Shown here: positions 39,175 through 53,017 of the stretch, piece after piece | Numbering within the stretch: the stretch's first letter is position 1 | Layout: each line of letters starts with the position of its first letter | From: Octopus vulgaris | Taxonomy: Eukaryota | Direction of reading: 5' to 3' | Assembly (NCBI GenBank): GCA_951406725.2 | Contig: OX597831.1 | Span: 23,746,001-23,810,000 of the forward strand | Length of the DNA: 64,000 nt | Program-made: the position numbers and the translations under genes | The notes under the pieces: generated by a model | The model's database searches: none | What the model saw: the letters and a program-made list of their open reading frames with translations, nothing else | What the model was told of the DNA's origin: nothing

Positions 39175-40060
39175 ATCCTTTGGTTGGTTTTGAATGCAGA
39201 GCTGGTATCATATATATGTGTGTGCGAAAACTTATAGCATTCAAATGCATTACAGATTGAACTGGTGGGAAGTGTGTTGTATATGCAAAATGAGATCTAG
39301 TTTACTGATATTTTAGTTGACTGTGTCTCGGTGGAGTAGGCAGAGGTATCAACTGTAGGCTGGAAATGTTTGATAAAAGACTTTTATAGAATTTAATGAG
39401 AAAAGAGAATGCCAAAGAATAAAGATAAGAGAATTCAATTGTGCATGTGCTTCTGTAAAATGGTAAATATGAGTGACTCAGCCAAAATGTGACAAAATAG
39501 GTTTTTGTGATAAACCAAAAATACATTTCACAGTTTCATTGAAAATAGATTTTTGTAAGGCAGAAAATATCTCAGATAATGATGCAAAAATTGGCGAGAG
39601 AAAAAGAAATGAAGAAAGTATAGAATGATTTTTAAGGATATATAAAATGAGGAAGGAAAAAAAAAAATGACAGATGTCTGATTTTAAGTGTAAGATTTAA
39701 AGTAAATGATTGACAAGTGTTTCAGATGAAAGAGATAAGAGAAAATTTAAAACCCAAGTCTGAAAGAACTGCTTTGCTTCTGCATAAGCAGTCAATGTTG
39801 TCATGGAATTCTTTGAAGATTGAATAAAAGATACATCTGCTTGGTGATACAAGTCTGATGAGATTTAAATCTTAAATAACTGAAATCTCATCAAACTTAG
39901 TTGTCCTTTATTCAACAGTCTTGGCAGGTAACCCCTAATGAGATATAAGTCTTAGGATATTCCTATGATTAAGGATCTGAGTCAATAGTTAAGTAATATA
40001 AGTAATACTACAGCCTTTTTTTCTTTTGTGGATTTTTTCCTGGTTATTATGCAGATTTGT

Positions 40061-40240
40061 GGAGGTGCAATGGCCCAGTGGTTAGGGCAACGGACTCGCA
40101 GTCGGAGGATTGCGGTTTCGATTCCCAGACCGGGCGTTGTGTGTGTTTATTGAGCGAAAACACCTAAAAGCTCCACGAGGCTCCGGCAGCATGGCTGCAG
40201 TCAAATGACTGAAACAAGTAAAAGAATAAAAGAATAAAAG
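40061..40240 (+). mobile_element. SINE family C head fused to family A tail (chimera)
   Basis: C head to GAGGCTCCGGCAG, joined directly to CATGGCTGCAGTCAAATGACTGAAACAAGTAAAAGAATAAAAG. Confidence 0.78.
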
Positions 40241-40998
40241 AAAGTGGTGACCCAGCATGGCCACAGTTTAATAACTGAGACAAGTAAATAATAAAAGATA
40301 GTATATTTAAAGCCACCTTACCAACATTTTGCTCCCGTTCTGCAGACAGTAGCATGTAATTTGTGGAAAATTTGGCTGTGTTTCTAGCAATTTGGACACT
40401 CGTATTGTTGCTTATCCCAGGTTAGCACTTATTGAGAATTATGGATGTTACAGCTCTGATTATTTTGACTTGAACGAGATCTAATTTCTATTTCTAACAG
40501 GTTAACCAACCATGTTGATACTCCGTCATTAGCTCACGGTGACTGAGATGTATCTTCATGTGGTATCTATTTACAGCTCAGTGGACTGATTCTGGGCAAA
40601 TTTAATTGTCTCATTCATGGATGCAGTACACAAAGCAGTAATGAAATATGAAGCGTCGGTTCTTTGGTCAGTTGTCTGGCATAATACCGTTGCACACCTA
40701 AAATTTGCAGCCACTAGACGTATAATGATATTATTTCACTAAACACGGGACAAATAATGATTCTATATTATACATCGTTAGTGTGATTTTCTGACAGTAA
40801 ATTAATAAATACATAACTAGTGTTTAATAAATAAATGTATATTAATAGCAGCAAACTGCCCGAGTGATTAAAGCATCAGAGAAAATACCTGGTGGTATTC
40901 ATCCTTCCTTTTTGAATTTTGAGCTCAAATCCCTCTGAGGTCAAATTTGTCTCTCATCTCTTTGAAGTTTATAAAATAATTGCACCTTGCTTGAGCTT

Positions 40999-41417
40999 CT
41001 TATTTCTTTACTGCCCACAAGGGGCTACACACAGAGAGGACAAACAAGGACAGACAAACGGATTAAGTCGATTATGTCCCCCCCCCCCAGTGCATAACTG
41101 GTACTTATTTAATCGACCCCGAAAAGATGAAAGGCAAAGTCGACCTCGGTGGAATCTGAACTCAGAATGTAGCAGCAGATGAAATACCTATTTCTTTACT
41201 ACCCACAAGGGGCTAAACACAGAGGTGACAAACAAGGACAGACAAACAGATTAAGTCGATTACATCGACCCCAGTGTGTAACTGGTACTTATTTAATTGA
41301 CCCAAAAAGATGAAAGGCAAAGTCGACCTCGGTGGAATTTGAACTCAGAACATAGTGGCAGATGAAATACCACTAAGCATTTCACCTGCATGCTAACGTT
41401 TCTGCCAGCTCGCTACC
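40999..41417 (-). mobile_element. Dimeric family B SINE
   Basis: Two consecutive B bodies and tails sharing one head; TGCTTGAGCTTCT occurs on both flanks. Confidence 0.82.
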
Positions 41418-42227
41418 ATTTTGAACTTCTTGCTTGAGCTTCTCTCTGTCTCTGTCTGTCTGTGTATCTGTCTCTCTCACTTTGTTGGCCTGTCTCTCTC
41501 TCTCTTTCTCTCTGTCTGTCTTTTTCTCTGTCTGCCTCTCTGTCTGACCTAGAGATTTTTCATTTTCTGAAATAGTATGAACACTGTTGAAATGCTTTTG
41601 ACTATACTACAGACAGCCCTGATCCTGCTGAACCAGGATCAACTGGTTGTTAAACAACAGCAACCCTAATATAATGAAGTATCATGCAACGTCTTAAAAA
41701 TATTGCTATAAACCAATGTTTCCATTCTTTTACTCTATCTTTCTCTTTCTCACTCCCTTTCACTCTACCAGTTTATCTCTCTCTCTCTCATTCATGTATT
41801 TTTCTTTACTTCTAGGTAAGTGAACAATTGAAATTTGGTTCTTCAAGAGGGCATCGGTTGTTTAAAAATACAACATCTTATTGCAGTTAACAGCTACCAA
41901 CTCCGAGGTATTGTGTATATTTTTCAATAATTAAGTCAAGAAAAGAAGAGCAGTAAGGTATGACCAATACAAGACATTATAAAATATTTGAGGCTGATAA
42001 AAAACATACCCTGGTTTTTTTTAAATGTTTGTAACAAAATTAACATTGCTAGAAATAAGAGCTAAAATGCACTAATGCTGTAGGAAAAGCAAATAATTGT
42101 ATACATATATACTCATAGCGATGGCAATCACCCAGAACACTGATTGAGAATTGTCTATACTCAACATTCAGTTTCAGCTATTTTTGTAACCTCTTTAGAA
42201 ATACCATACATGTATGTGTATATATAC

Positions 42228-42545
42228 TGGAGCACTCCGTTAGTTACGACGACGAGGGTCCCAGCTGATACAATTGATGGAAAGGCTTGCTCGTGAAATT
42301 AACATGCAAGTGGCTGAGCACTCTACAGATATGTGTACCCTTAATGTAGTTCTCAGGGAGATTCAGCATGGTACAAAGTGTGACAAGGCCGGCCCTTTGA
42401 AATACAGGTACAACTCATATTTGCCAGCTGTGTGGAATGGAGCAACGTGAAATAGAGTGTCTTGCTCAAGGTCACAACGCGCCGCCGGGAATCGAACTCA
42501 CAACCTTATGATCATGAGCCGAATGCCCCTAACCACTTAGTCACA
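42228..42545 (-). mobile_element. SINE family E: tRNA head + CORE domain + the same tail as family C1
   Basis: Minus strand: GAGTTCGATTCCC B box, TGTGACCTTGAGCAAGACACTCTATTTCACGTTGCTCC...CAGCTGGCAAATATGAGT (CORE-like), then a tail homologous to 49810-49995. Confidence 0.8.
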
Positions 42546-42565
42546 CACACACACACATACACACG

Positions 42566-42597
<32 letters not shown>

Positions 42598-43399
42598 TAT
42601 ATGTATATATATAATACATATATATATATGTGTACCATATATATATGTGTATGATACATATATATATGTAAATATATATTTATATATATATAATACATAT
42701 ATATACATATGTATATATATATGTTACATATATATATGATATATATGATACATACATATATTTATATATGTGTGTGTCTATATACACAGACATACACACA
42801 CACACACACACACACACATGTGCATGTCTTACACTCCTTCACTTATATTTCATTATCTTTTTTTTATACTCTTTCCCTCAATTTCAAGGACTGTTTGTGA
42901 AAAATTTGTAACTATTATCATTCTTCAAGTCAGCTTCTAGTAGCTCTACATTCATTTGTAGGTTAGCTGTTGTTCTTTTGTACTTTGACCATAATATAGA
43001 ATGCATTGTTTAGTTCTTGCTATTGTTTGGCATTGATAATATTGTCTGGCTCATTCAACATTTCTGTCCTGGCATTTTGCACTTGTTCACAGACTGTTCT
43101 CTAATTCTAATGGCAGGGCCATCATTTGCTTTGGAAAAAAGAAAAAAAAAACACAAATGGTGCCAAAACAATATGATATGAACAAAATGAGTGTTTTGAA
43201 TTACAGATGAAGGCAACCTTCATACCCTTGCTACAGGTTGAAACAAACTATATATATATATATATATATATACAGACACACACTCACACACATATTATTC
43301 CTGATGCTTTTCTGAAATGAGATGAAAGTTTTAAATCAATAATTTTTCAAAATTCTGACTACCTCTTTTTTTTTAATATATATAATATTTTCACTACTT

Positions 43400-43434
<35 letters not shown>

Positions 43435-43763
43435 TATATATACACACACACACACAAACATGCACATATATACACACATACACACACACGTGTGCACATA
43501 AGTGCAAAACAAGGTGGAAAAAATAGTACTCAATTACTAATGGTAGAGCTATATGCAGTCAGTTCAGTTTTCATCACAACTGCCTGACTAACGAGAATGT
43601 GAAACTCTGAGTAACAGTCTTGTGATAATTTTGCAGCTCTAATAAAGCATATATATATGTGTGTGTGTGTGTGTTTGTATGTATGTGTATATACTCAAAT
43701 GTATGTCTATAGCTATGTATTTATATTTATATAAATGCTTAGATGTGTGCGATATAGCCGCCG

Positions 43764-43797
<34 letters not shown>

Positions 43798-44072
43798 CTT
43801 ATCCGTTGTCAATATGTCAACAGATCTAAACATCAGTGCAAAACGAGTTCTTTGATAAATTTAAAGGTTTCTGATTTATATTCCACTTGTCTTTGCTAAC
43901 TTTTTATCAGAAATATAGTGAACCACTGGAAAATGTTCACAAATTGTGATATAAAGTGAAATTAAACAACCCCTTCACTTCTGTTCCAGGAGGATAAAAA
44001 TTAAGCTAAACCCTGATTGGTCTTCAACTCAAAGAACATAACCAATGCTAGAAATCATTCATTTTATTTTCT

Positions 44073-44127
<55 letters not shown>

Positions 44128-44854
44128 CATATAGAGGCCATTACTATACATAAATGCCACACGCTAGGAGGGACTCTTAAAACTCAAAACTACCAAAATA
44201 AATAAACATATCGTATATATATATATATATATATCTATATTAGTTTATTTATTTATTTATCCTTATGATTAGTCCAGTATTCTGTTTCTCTCACTACACT
44301 GCCCACATAAAGTCAAATATTGATTTCTAAGATTTTTATCTCGAAATATATTGATTTTTTCTAACAAGATTAAATATAGGAAAAGTAACTAGTCCCAATT
44401 ATTTACACCAACTTTCACTGATTTATTTATTTTTTATATTTTTTATTTTTTTATATTTTTTTTTTTGGTAAATATTAGCATCATCCATTATGGGTTTCTA
44501 ACGTGCCAATCAATTCTTTGCTGCTTTTACGATAATGAAAGTGACAGGAGAACATCTCCTCCAAGTTGGGCACCACAGATATCACAGGATAGTTTTGTTT
44601 TTAAAAACACCACTTTATTGGATTTTCTCACTGATGTCTATAGATTTTGCTAAAATATATTGGCAAAAGACACACACACACACACACATACACATATTTA
44701 AATTTATATATACACACACACATATACATATACACACACAAACACACATTATTATTATTATACTTATTATTATTATTATTATTATTACTATTATTATTAT
44801 TATTATTATTATTATTGTTATTATTATTATTATTATTGTTGTTGTTGTTGTTAA

Positions 44855-45460
44855 GGTGGTGAGTTAGCAGAATCATTAGTAAGATGGACAAGATGCTATG
44901 TGGTTCTTTTTTTCATCTATCCTTACGTTCTGAGTTCAAATCGCGCACGGATCGACTTTGCTTTTCATCCTTTCAAGATCAATAAATTGGGTGCCCGTAA
45001 AACACTTGTTGGGGTCAATGTAATCAACTGGTCCCCTTCCCTCATATTGTAGGCCTTGTGCCTTTAGTAAAAAGGATTATAACTATTATTTTTGCAGGTC
45101 ATCCATTTTCACATTCTGAGTTCAAATTCTCCTGAGGTGGACTTTACCTTTCATCCTTTCGGGGTCAATAAAATAAGTACCAGTTGAGCACTGGGGTCAT
45201 TGTAATTGGCTTACACCACTGCGATGCACTTACTGGCCTTGTGCCAAAATTTGAAAGCATGATCATCATCTTCATCATCATCATCATCATCATTATTATT
45301 ATTGGTATTTCATCTGTCGCTATGTTCCGAGTTCAAATTCCGCTGCGGTCAACTTTGCTTTCATCCTTTCGGGGTCAATAAATTAAGCACTATTGAGTCG
45401 ATGTAATAGACTAGACCCCTCGTTCAACGTTTCAGGCCTTGTGCCTTTAGTAGAAAATAT
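44855..45460 (+). mobile_element. Cluster of three diverged family B SINE units
   Basis: GAGTTCAAAT plus TTTCATCCTTTC segments at about 44930, 45118 and 45329. Confidence 0.78.
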
Positions 45461-45472
45461 TGCTGTTGTTGC

Positions 45473-45527
<55 letters not shown>

Positions 45528-45792
45528 GGCTAGAATAAAGAAATAAAAATGAAACCATCTTCAAATCATACTGTATTGTTTAAAAAAACAAAAAAAAAAT
45601 AAGATGGACACATCAAACAATTGAGTATTAAATATACTGTGGACAGAAACAAGAAAATTAGAACAAATGTTGAACACCTTTTCTAACACCTTTTCTTTAG
45701 GAAGGGTTACTTACCTGGAGCTAATTAGCAACAATATCAACTATTTCCTATTCTATTAAAAATTAAACAAATAAATTCATTATTATATTTCA

Positions 45793-45948
45793 GCTATGAG
45801 TGGTTGTATGGTAAGTAGCTTGCTAATCAACCACATGGTTCTGGGGTCAGTCCCACCGTGTGGCACCTTTGGCAAGTGTCATCTACTATAGCCTCAGACC
45901 GACCAAAGCCATGTGAGTGGATTTGGTTGATGGAAACTGAAAGAAGCC

Positions 45949-45979
<31 letters not shown>

Positions 45980-46310
45980 ATAAGTTAGAGATTAATTAAT
46001 AAAAATATATAAAATATAAAATTCAAAATTTAAAATATTTAAATTAAAGTTAGAAAATTATTTATGTGTGTATATATGTATATGTGTGTATATGTTTGTG
46101 TCTGTGTTTGTCGCCCCAACATCTTTTGACAACCGATGCTGGTGTGTTTACGTCCACATAATTTAGTGGTTCGGCAAAAAGAAGCTGATAGAGTAAGTAC
46201 TAGGCTTACAAAGAATAAGTCCTGGGGTCGATTTGGTTGACTAAAAGCAGTACTCCAGCATGGCCATAGTCAAATGACTGTAACAAGTAAAAGAGTTTAA
46301 CGAGTAAAAG
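45793..46310 (+). mobile_element. SINE family A with AT-rich insert
   Basis: Head and tail halves separated by an expanded low-complexity middle. Confidence 0.8.
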
Positions 46311-47313
46311 ACTAATCAATTTTAAAATGTATTTCTATTTTTTAATTATAGTTTCTGTTTCTTCAATTAAATATCCTTGATATGACCTCGGGTGCCCTAC
46401 AGTACCACTAAGTGAATATGAACTATCAACTTATTGTTTGATGTTGTAATAACAATACTGTACTGTATCCGCTCAGTCCTCAGCAACCTCTCCATCACGT
46501 AGCACATCAATATGATTTGACTTTTGTTTTCATGCTTATTTCCTTTAATGTATATTTTCGCAAACATTCTTTGCTACTAGAAAACTTATTTCAGTTTGAT
46601 CCTAGTTTAACCATTAATTAAAAATAAAGAAATAAAAGGAAATTTTTAATTTCCTTGCTGAAAACACTATGTTTGAAAAACAAAACAAGATGGCAATATT
46701 TGGAAAATAATCATCGCAGACATTGTAAAAACTAACAAGTGATGTTCTGATGTTCTGATGTTCTGATGTTCCTCATTGCTTGAAATGAAATTAATGAAGA
46801 AAATAATGCTAATAAGATTTAATTTGCAATTTTATTTTGAATTGTTATTGAAGAATCTTTACCTGGAGGCAACATTCGGAATTTCTAGGCAAAACAAAAC
46901 TAAACGTAGAACAATATTCATTAAAATTTTTTGATGTAGATTTTTGAATAAATGCAACACCTGTACTGTTCGTGCCACTTCTGCTGAATGCCTCATTAGA
47001 ACACCTGATATCTAATCTTAGCTGTGTCTCACAGTGTGTTTCCAAGAGCCTCAGTATGTATTTAGATTCATCATTGTTATGCTGCCTCTCAACAATAGAT
47101 GAAAAATTAAAATATGATATGGTCATGACCGGAATGTCTTTGATCATAGGTTTCCTTAATCAGTTCTGACCTGTGGCTAAATAATAGCTGTAACTAACTT
47201 ATAACAATGAGATAATAAAGAAACCTCTATGTCATAATTTGATCTGCTATAAATATCTACCACAGTTCTCTCAAATCATATCCTACTTCCTCAAAATTAG
47301 ATAGGACAAAACA

Positions 47314-47367
<54 letters not shown>

Positions 47368-47384
47368 TAATAAATAAAAAATAT

Positions 47385-47665
47385 ATGCATACACACAAAC
47401 ATATATGTACGTACCTACATCTACATGTATATATACATGCATATATAAATATATATACGTACAGGACATCACAAAAAGACGTAGAACTCAACAGAAACGA
47501 AAACGGAAAAGCCATTTTTTTACAACAGAAAGACAGAGACGTGGAACAGGACGAGAACGAAAACGGGAAAAACATTATTTACAACAGGAAAACAAGGTAC
47601 AGGACATACTACACAAGCAAAAAATCCCCTTCATCAGCTGTCGCTAGTAGATTTAGCGTGTTTCA
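47385..47665 (-). repeat. Dispersed repeat (homolog at about 54750-54975), probably Penelope-like terminus
   Basis: Shared CATATATGTACGTACCTAC.TCTACATGTA...TACAGGACA...AGAAACGAAAAC...TACAGGACA; ends in CCTTCATCAG / CCTTCTTCAG (CTGA.GAAG on the minus strand). Confidence 0.55.
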
Positions 47666-49059
47666 TATATATATATCACGAGATCACGTGACCGACCAGG
47701 TTATCAGATGTTGCTACACATTGCTGGTCACAGTGCGCTTCGCATTGTTTTAGCCTTCAAATGATGCCACCCCGCTTCAAATGACACAGGCCAACAAAAA
47801 AGAAAGAGTGAGAGAATGTTGTGGCGAAAGAGTGCAGCAGGGATCGCCACCAACCCCTGCCGGAGCCTCGTGGAGCTTTTAGGTGTTTTCGCTCAATAAA
47901 CACTCTCACGGTTTCGATTAGAAACTGCATTCTTACCAGTGAGAATTGTATGTTGTTGACATCATAAGAAATTAAAAACTCCAAAAAGATGTGAAACATC
48001 ATATCATCATTATCCTCATCGTTTAACATCCGCCTTCCATGCTAGCATGGGTTGGACGATTTGACTGAGGTCTGGTGAACCAGATTGCTGCACCAGACTC
48101 CAATCTGATCTGGGAGAGTTTCTACTGCTGGATGCCCTTCCTAATGCCAACCACTCCAAGAGTGTAGAGGGTGCTTTTACATGCCACCAGCATGAGGGCC
48201 AATCAGGTGGTACTGGCAATGGCCATGCTCAAATGGTGCTCTTTATGTGCCACCTGCACAGAAGGCAGTCCAGTGGCACTGGCAAAGACCTTGATATATT
48301 TTTTTTTAAATGCTGAAACTTGAAGCAAATAAATCATGGTGTACCACACATCAGGTGTCAAAGTGATTATATGGGCAATGTGAGCTGAAGTAGAACATAA
48401 TACTCCACCTAGTCTAAGAAGTGAAACCGCGGTCTTGTAATCTTAAATACAACATCCTAACCACTCAGCCATGTGCCCTCACTGCTCAGACATATACCCA
48501 AACACAAACACTCATACACACACACATACACCCCCACAGGCAAACAGATTTACACACACACATGCACACGCACAGATACACACACACACACTCTCTATCT
48601 CCACAGACAAACGCATTTACATTCTAAGTGAATGATTTCCTTATTTTCTAGAAATCGTAACCTAAGTTTATTTAACACACCAAAAATAAAGCATCTTGTC
48701 CAAGAGATTCTTAATTAAGGAGACAGAGGCATGAAGACTGCAACACTAGAGATCTATTGACACCAATTAACTCAAATCTTTACCTGTAAAAGCAGTGTTT
48801 CTGCAGTTAGCATCTAATCTTTTACCGAATTGTATTTCATTTGTCGTTTACTGAAACACTAAAAGACTTCTTTTTTACCGTTTTTTTTCCCCTTTGAGGA
48901 ATTACTGATTTCAATGTTGTTACTTAATGGTGTTGTTGCTGTTGTGTCTTCGTTACTAGTCATTCATTAGAGAAATTTATAGCAACTCTTAAATCCTGTT
49001 GACGAATATAATCGCCCGGAGGGAAATTATCTCAAGATAATTCAATAATGAAAATTTAA

Positions 49060-49356
49060 ATAATGATGATAATGATGATGATGATGATGACGACGATGAT
49101 GATGATGATGATGATGATGACAGTAGTGGTTGTGATTGATGAAGATGGTAATGATGACGATGATGATAATGACAATGATGATAATGATGATGACGACCAA
49201 GAAAAATGATGACGATGATGATGAGGACAATGACGATGACAATGATGATGATGATCAAGAAAAATAATGATGATGATGATGATGATGATGATGACGACAG
49301 TGATGACAATGAAGATGGTGATGATGATGACGATGGCAATGATGATGATGATGACA

Positions 49357-49388
<32 letters not shown>

Positions 49389-49505
49389 TGACGATCAAGG
49401 AAAATGATGATGATGATGTCGATAGTGATGACAACGAAGATGATGACGACGATGATGATGACAATGATGATAATGATGTGATGATGATGATGATGATGAT
49501 GATGA
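49060..49505. repeat. Degenerate (GAT/GAC)n microsatellite
   Basis: Direct reading; frame shifts and stops argue against a poly-Asp coding exon. Confidence 0.9.
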
Positions 49506-49809
49506 AATACACATAACCCAAACGTGTGTGCTGAAAACGAATACAATCCATATAATAAATAATGCCTTGGGAATGAACTAAAACATGCAGACAAACTCAT
49601 AAACAAAGCCACAGGAATTACAGATATATGTACAACATACAGCAAACAGCACTACCAGGCACTGCACATGTATCACGTACAATTCTTTCAATACAATAGG
49701 AACAACAAATCTGAAGCAAAACCCTGCATATGCTCAAGGCACTCAATCCTGTGTTCAACACTTCCATGACAGCATGCAATAAACATAAGACCATATTATA
49801 ATAACTGGA

Positions 49810-50191
49810 TGGAAGCACTCCGTCGGTTACGACGACGAGGGTTCCGGTTGATCCGATCAACGGAACAGCCTGCTCGTGAAATTAATGCGTAAGTGGCCGA
49901 GCACTCCACAGACACGTGTACCCTTAACGTAGTTCTCGGGGATATTCAGCGTGACACAGAGAGTGACAAGGCCGGCCCTTTGAAATACAGGTACAACAGA
50001 AACAGGAAGTAAGAGTGAGAGAAAGTTGTGGTGAAAGAGTACAGCAGGGATCACCACCATCCCCTGCCGGAGCCTCGTGGAGCTTTAGGTGTTTTCGCTC
50101 AATAAACACTCACAACACCCAGTCTGGGAATCGAAACCGCGATCCTATGACCGCGAGTCCGCTGCCCTAACCACTGGGCCATTGCACCTCC
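49810..50191 (-). mobile_element. SINE family C1, full length, with 10 bp target duplication
   Basis: tRNA-like head at about 50110-50191; TATAATAACT at 49797-49806 and 50194-50203. Confidence 0.9.
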
Positions 50192-50223
50192 ACTATAATA
50201 ACTACAACAACAGCAACAAGAAT

Positions 50224-50587
50224 AACAAGAGCGCTCAGAGAGGGCAAACCTCTGCCAAGGCAACACCAATGTTCCCTCAATGACTAAGCAGAGATGATTT
50301 TTAAAGTGAGAATATCTGAAATAAACTCGACTGCTCTCACAAATGAGAATACTAAAAATGAACTTGACTGCTCTCAAAAATTAAGTAAAAAAAAAAAACA
50401 GGAAAAATAATCCAGAATCCTTGCCCGGTACCGGATCGATCCTAAAACCTAATCAGCTTGTGTCAGTCATGAGATCAAACATCCCTGAAAGTTTCATTTG
50501 AATCCATCCAATGGTTCTTGAGATATCTTGTCCTTGGACAAATAAACAAACACAACTGAAAACAATATCCCTGCCTTCACAGTAATT
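50224..50587 (+). mobile_element. Helentron-associated (HINE/DINE-1-like) non-autonomous element
   Basis: AACAAGAGCGCTCAGAGAGGGCAAACCTCTGCCAAGG start, AAAGTTTCATTTGAATCCATCC...TCTTGAGATATC block and GACAAATAAACAAAC...GAAAACAATA end, matching HINE architecture as I recall it. Confidence 0.6.
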
Positions 50588-50700
50588 TTAAGATGGAAGT
50601 AAAAATGATTTCAAACTTTGGCACATAGCCAGCAATTTCAAGGGAGGAGCTAAGTCAATTACATCGATTCCCAATGCTCAACTGGTACTTATGTTATTGT

Positions 50701-51007
50701 GGAGGCACATGGCTTAATGGTTAGAGCAGCAGACTCGCGGTTGGGGGATCGCGGTTTCGAATCTCAGACCGAGCGACGTGTGTGTTTATGAGCGAAACAC
50801 CTAAGCTCCACGCAGCTGCGGCAGAAGGTAATGGGGAACGTCTGCTTACTCTTTCGCCACAACTTTCTCTCACTCTTTCCTCCTGCATCTTGCAGCTCAT
50901 CTGCGACGGACTGGCGTCCCATCCAGGTGGGGAACCTATACGCCACGGAAACCGGGAAACCGGCCCTTATGAGCCAGGCAGGGCTCGAGAAGGAAGAAAC
51001 AACAACA
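50701..51007 (+). mobile_element. SINE family C2 nested in a minus-strand family B SINE
   Basis: B fragments at about 50610-50700 and 51010-51140 rejoin on removal; CTTAT(G/T)TTATTG on both sides is an apparent target duplication. Confidence 0.88.
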
Positions 51008-51477
51008 GCTTATTTTATTGATCCCTAAAGGATGAATGGTAAGGTGGGTCTCGGTGGAATTTCGACTCAGAACATAGAGATGGATGAAATGTTGCTGAGC
51101 GCTTCATCCCATGTGCTAATGACTTTGCCAGCTCACTGCCTAGATGAAACAGATGGACCCACAGTGATAACAATACAAGTAAAGATATAAGCCAAATCAA
51201 AAGGAATCTCAGAGCTATGAAACATGGAAAAGTAAGACATTGAATAACAAATATATATCTCACTGCCCTGAAGACGGAGGCCAGATCTGCCTAATGTCTA
51301 TATGCATCCACTACTGGTTGCATATTCTTGACATTTTGCAAACCACATCTGCCAACATTATAATGTAATTCTGAACCTCCAGAAACAGCTTTTGAACCTG
51401 TAGTACCATAAATTCTCCCTTTAATTTTTTGTGTCTTTTGTACTAAGTTTAAGTTTGCACTGTTAATATATAAACAT

Positions 51478-51642
51478 CTCTTTACTCTTTACTCTTTTAC
51501 TTGTTTCAGTCATTTTGACAGCGGCCATGCTGGAGCACCGCCTTTTTAATCGAGCAACTCGACCCTGGGACTTATTCTTTTGTAAGCCCAGTACCTATTC
51601 TATCGATCTATTTTGCTGAAGAGCTAGGTAACGGGGACATAA

Positions 51643-51687
<45 letters not shown>

Positions 51688-51858
51688 CATATATACGACG
51701 GGCTTCTTTCAGTTTCCGTCTACCAAATCCACTCACAAGGCATTAGTCAGCCCGAGGCTATAGTAGAAGACACTTGCCCAAGGTGCCACACAGTGGGACT
51801 GAACCCGGAACCATGAGGTTTGTAAACAAGCTACTTACCACACAGCCACTCCTGCGCC
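51478..51858 (-). mobile_element. SINE family A (internal deletion)
   Basis: Reverse complement of the family A pattern. Confidence 0.85.
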
Positions 51859-52060
51859 TATATATTTTTACATAAATATTCGTCATCTTTATTTTCAGTC
51901 TGTCTTCGTTTTCTCTCTATTAACATTGTATGTATGTATGTATGTGTATATGTGTGTGCATGTGTATATGTATGTATGTATGTATGTATGGATGGATGTA
52001 TGTATGTATGTATGTATGTACGTATGTATATATATATGTATGTATGTATGTATCCATCTG

Positions 52061-52163
<103 letters not shown>

Positions 52164-52296
52164 TCTATAATTATGGAATTTTTGTATAAGTTTACCAATA
52201 ATGGTTGTTTTAACATACTGAACTACTCGGTGAAATTATTAAATATTAATTGATTAATTAATTTTACCCCTTATTATTATTGAATATATATATATT

Positions 52297-52553
52297 GTGC
52301 TGGTGGCATGTTAAAAGCACCAACCGATCATGGCCAATGCCAGACCCCCCTGGCACCTGTGCAGGTGGCACGTAAAAAGCACCCACTACACTCGCAGAGT
52401 GGTTGGCGTTAGGAAGGGCATCCAGCTGTAGAAACACTGCCAGATCAGACTGGAGCCTGGTGCAGCCCCTGGCTTCCCAGACCCCGGTCGAACCGTCCAA
52501 CCCGTGCTAGTGCGGAAAACGGACGTTAAACGATTATGATGATGATGATGGTG
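52297..52553 (+). mobile_element. Family D element
   Basis: Same pattern as 28130-28505. Confidence 0.85.
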
Positions 52554-52584
<31 letters not shown>

Positions 52585-52773
52585 CATATACATACATACA
52601 TATATAGACAGATGTGTGTGTGTACGTATGTGTGTACATATGCAACCCATGCCAGCATGGAAAACTGATGAAGATGATAATTTAGTGATCTGAGTCTGGA
52701 TGATTTAGGTTTCCGAAAAAAACCTGCAAAGTTTAAACTCATAAGGTTCTGAATCAAACTGTTTTAAATAACA

Positions 52774-52824
<51 letters not shown>

Positions 52825-53017
52825 GTGCATGCGTTCGTGCGTGCGTGCATGCGTGTGTGGGTGGCTTCTTTCAGTTTCTATCTACCAAATCCACTCACAT
52901 TTTGGTCAGTCCAAGGCTATAGCAGAAGTCACTTACCAAAGTTGCTATGCAGTGGGACTGAACCAGAGACCATGTGGCTGAAAGCAAACTTTTTGCCATA
53001 TTAAGACACCAGTACCC

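Noticed and set aside
39855-39890. Hammerhead (CTGATGA...GAAA)
   Set aside because: No stem II closing next to GAAA and no stem III/UH; the GAAA belongs to the complementary hairpin arm.
47622-47665. Permuted hammerhead (GAAA...CTGATGAAG on the minus strand; similar at 54946-54975)
   Set aside because: Core words are present but I could not pair stems I and II convincingly; kept only as a repeat.
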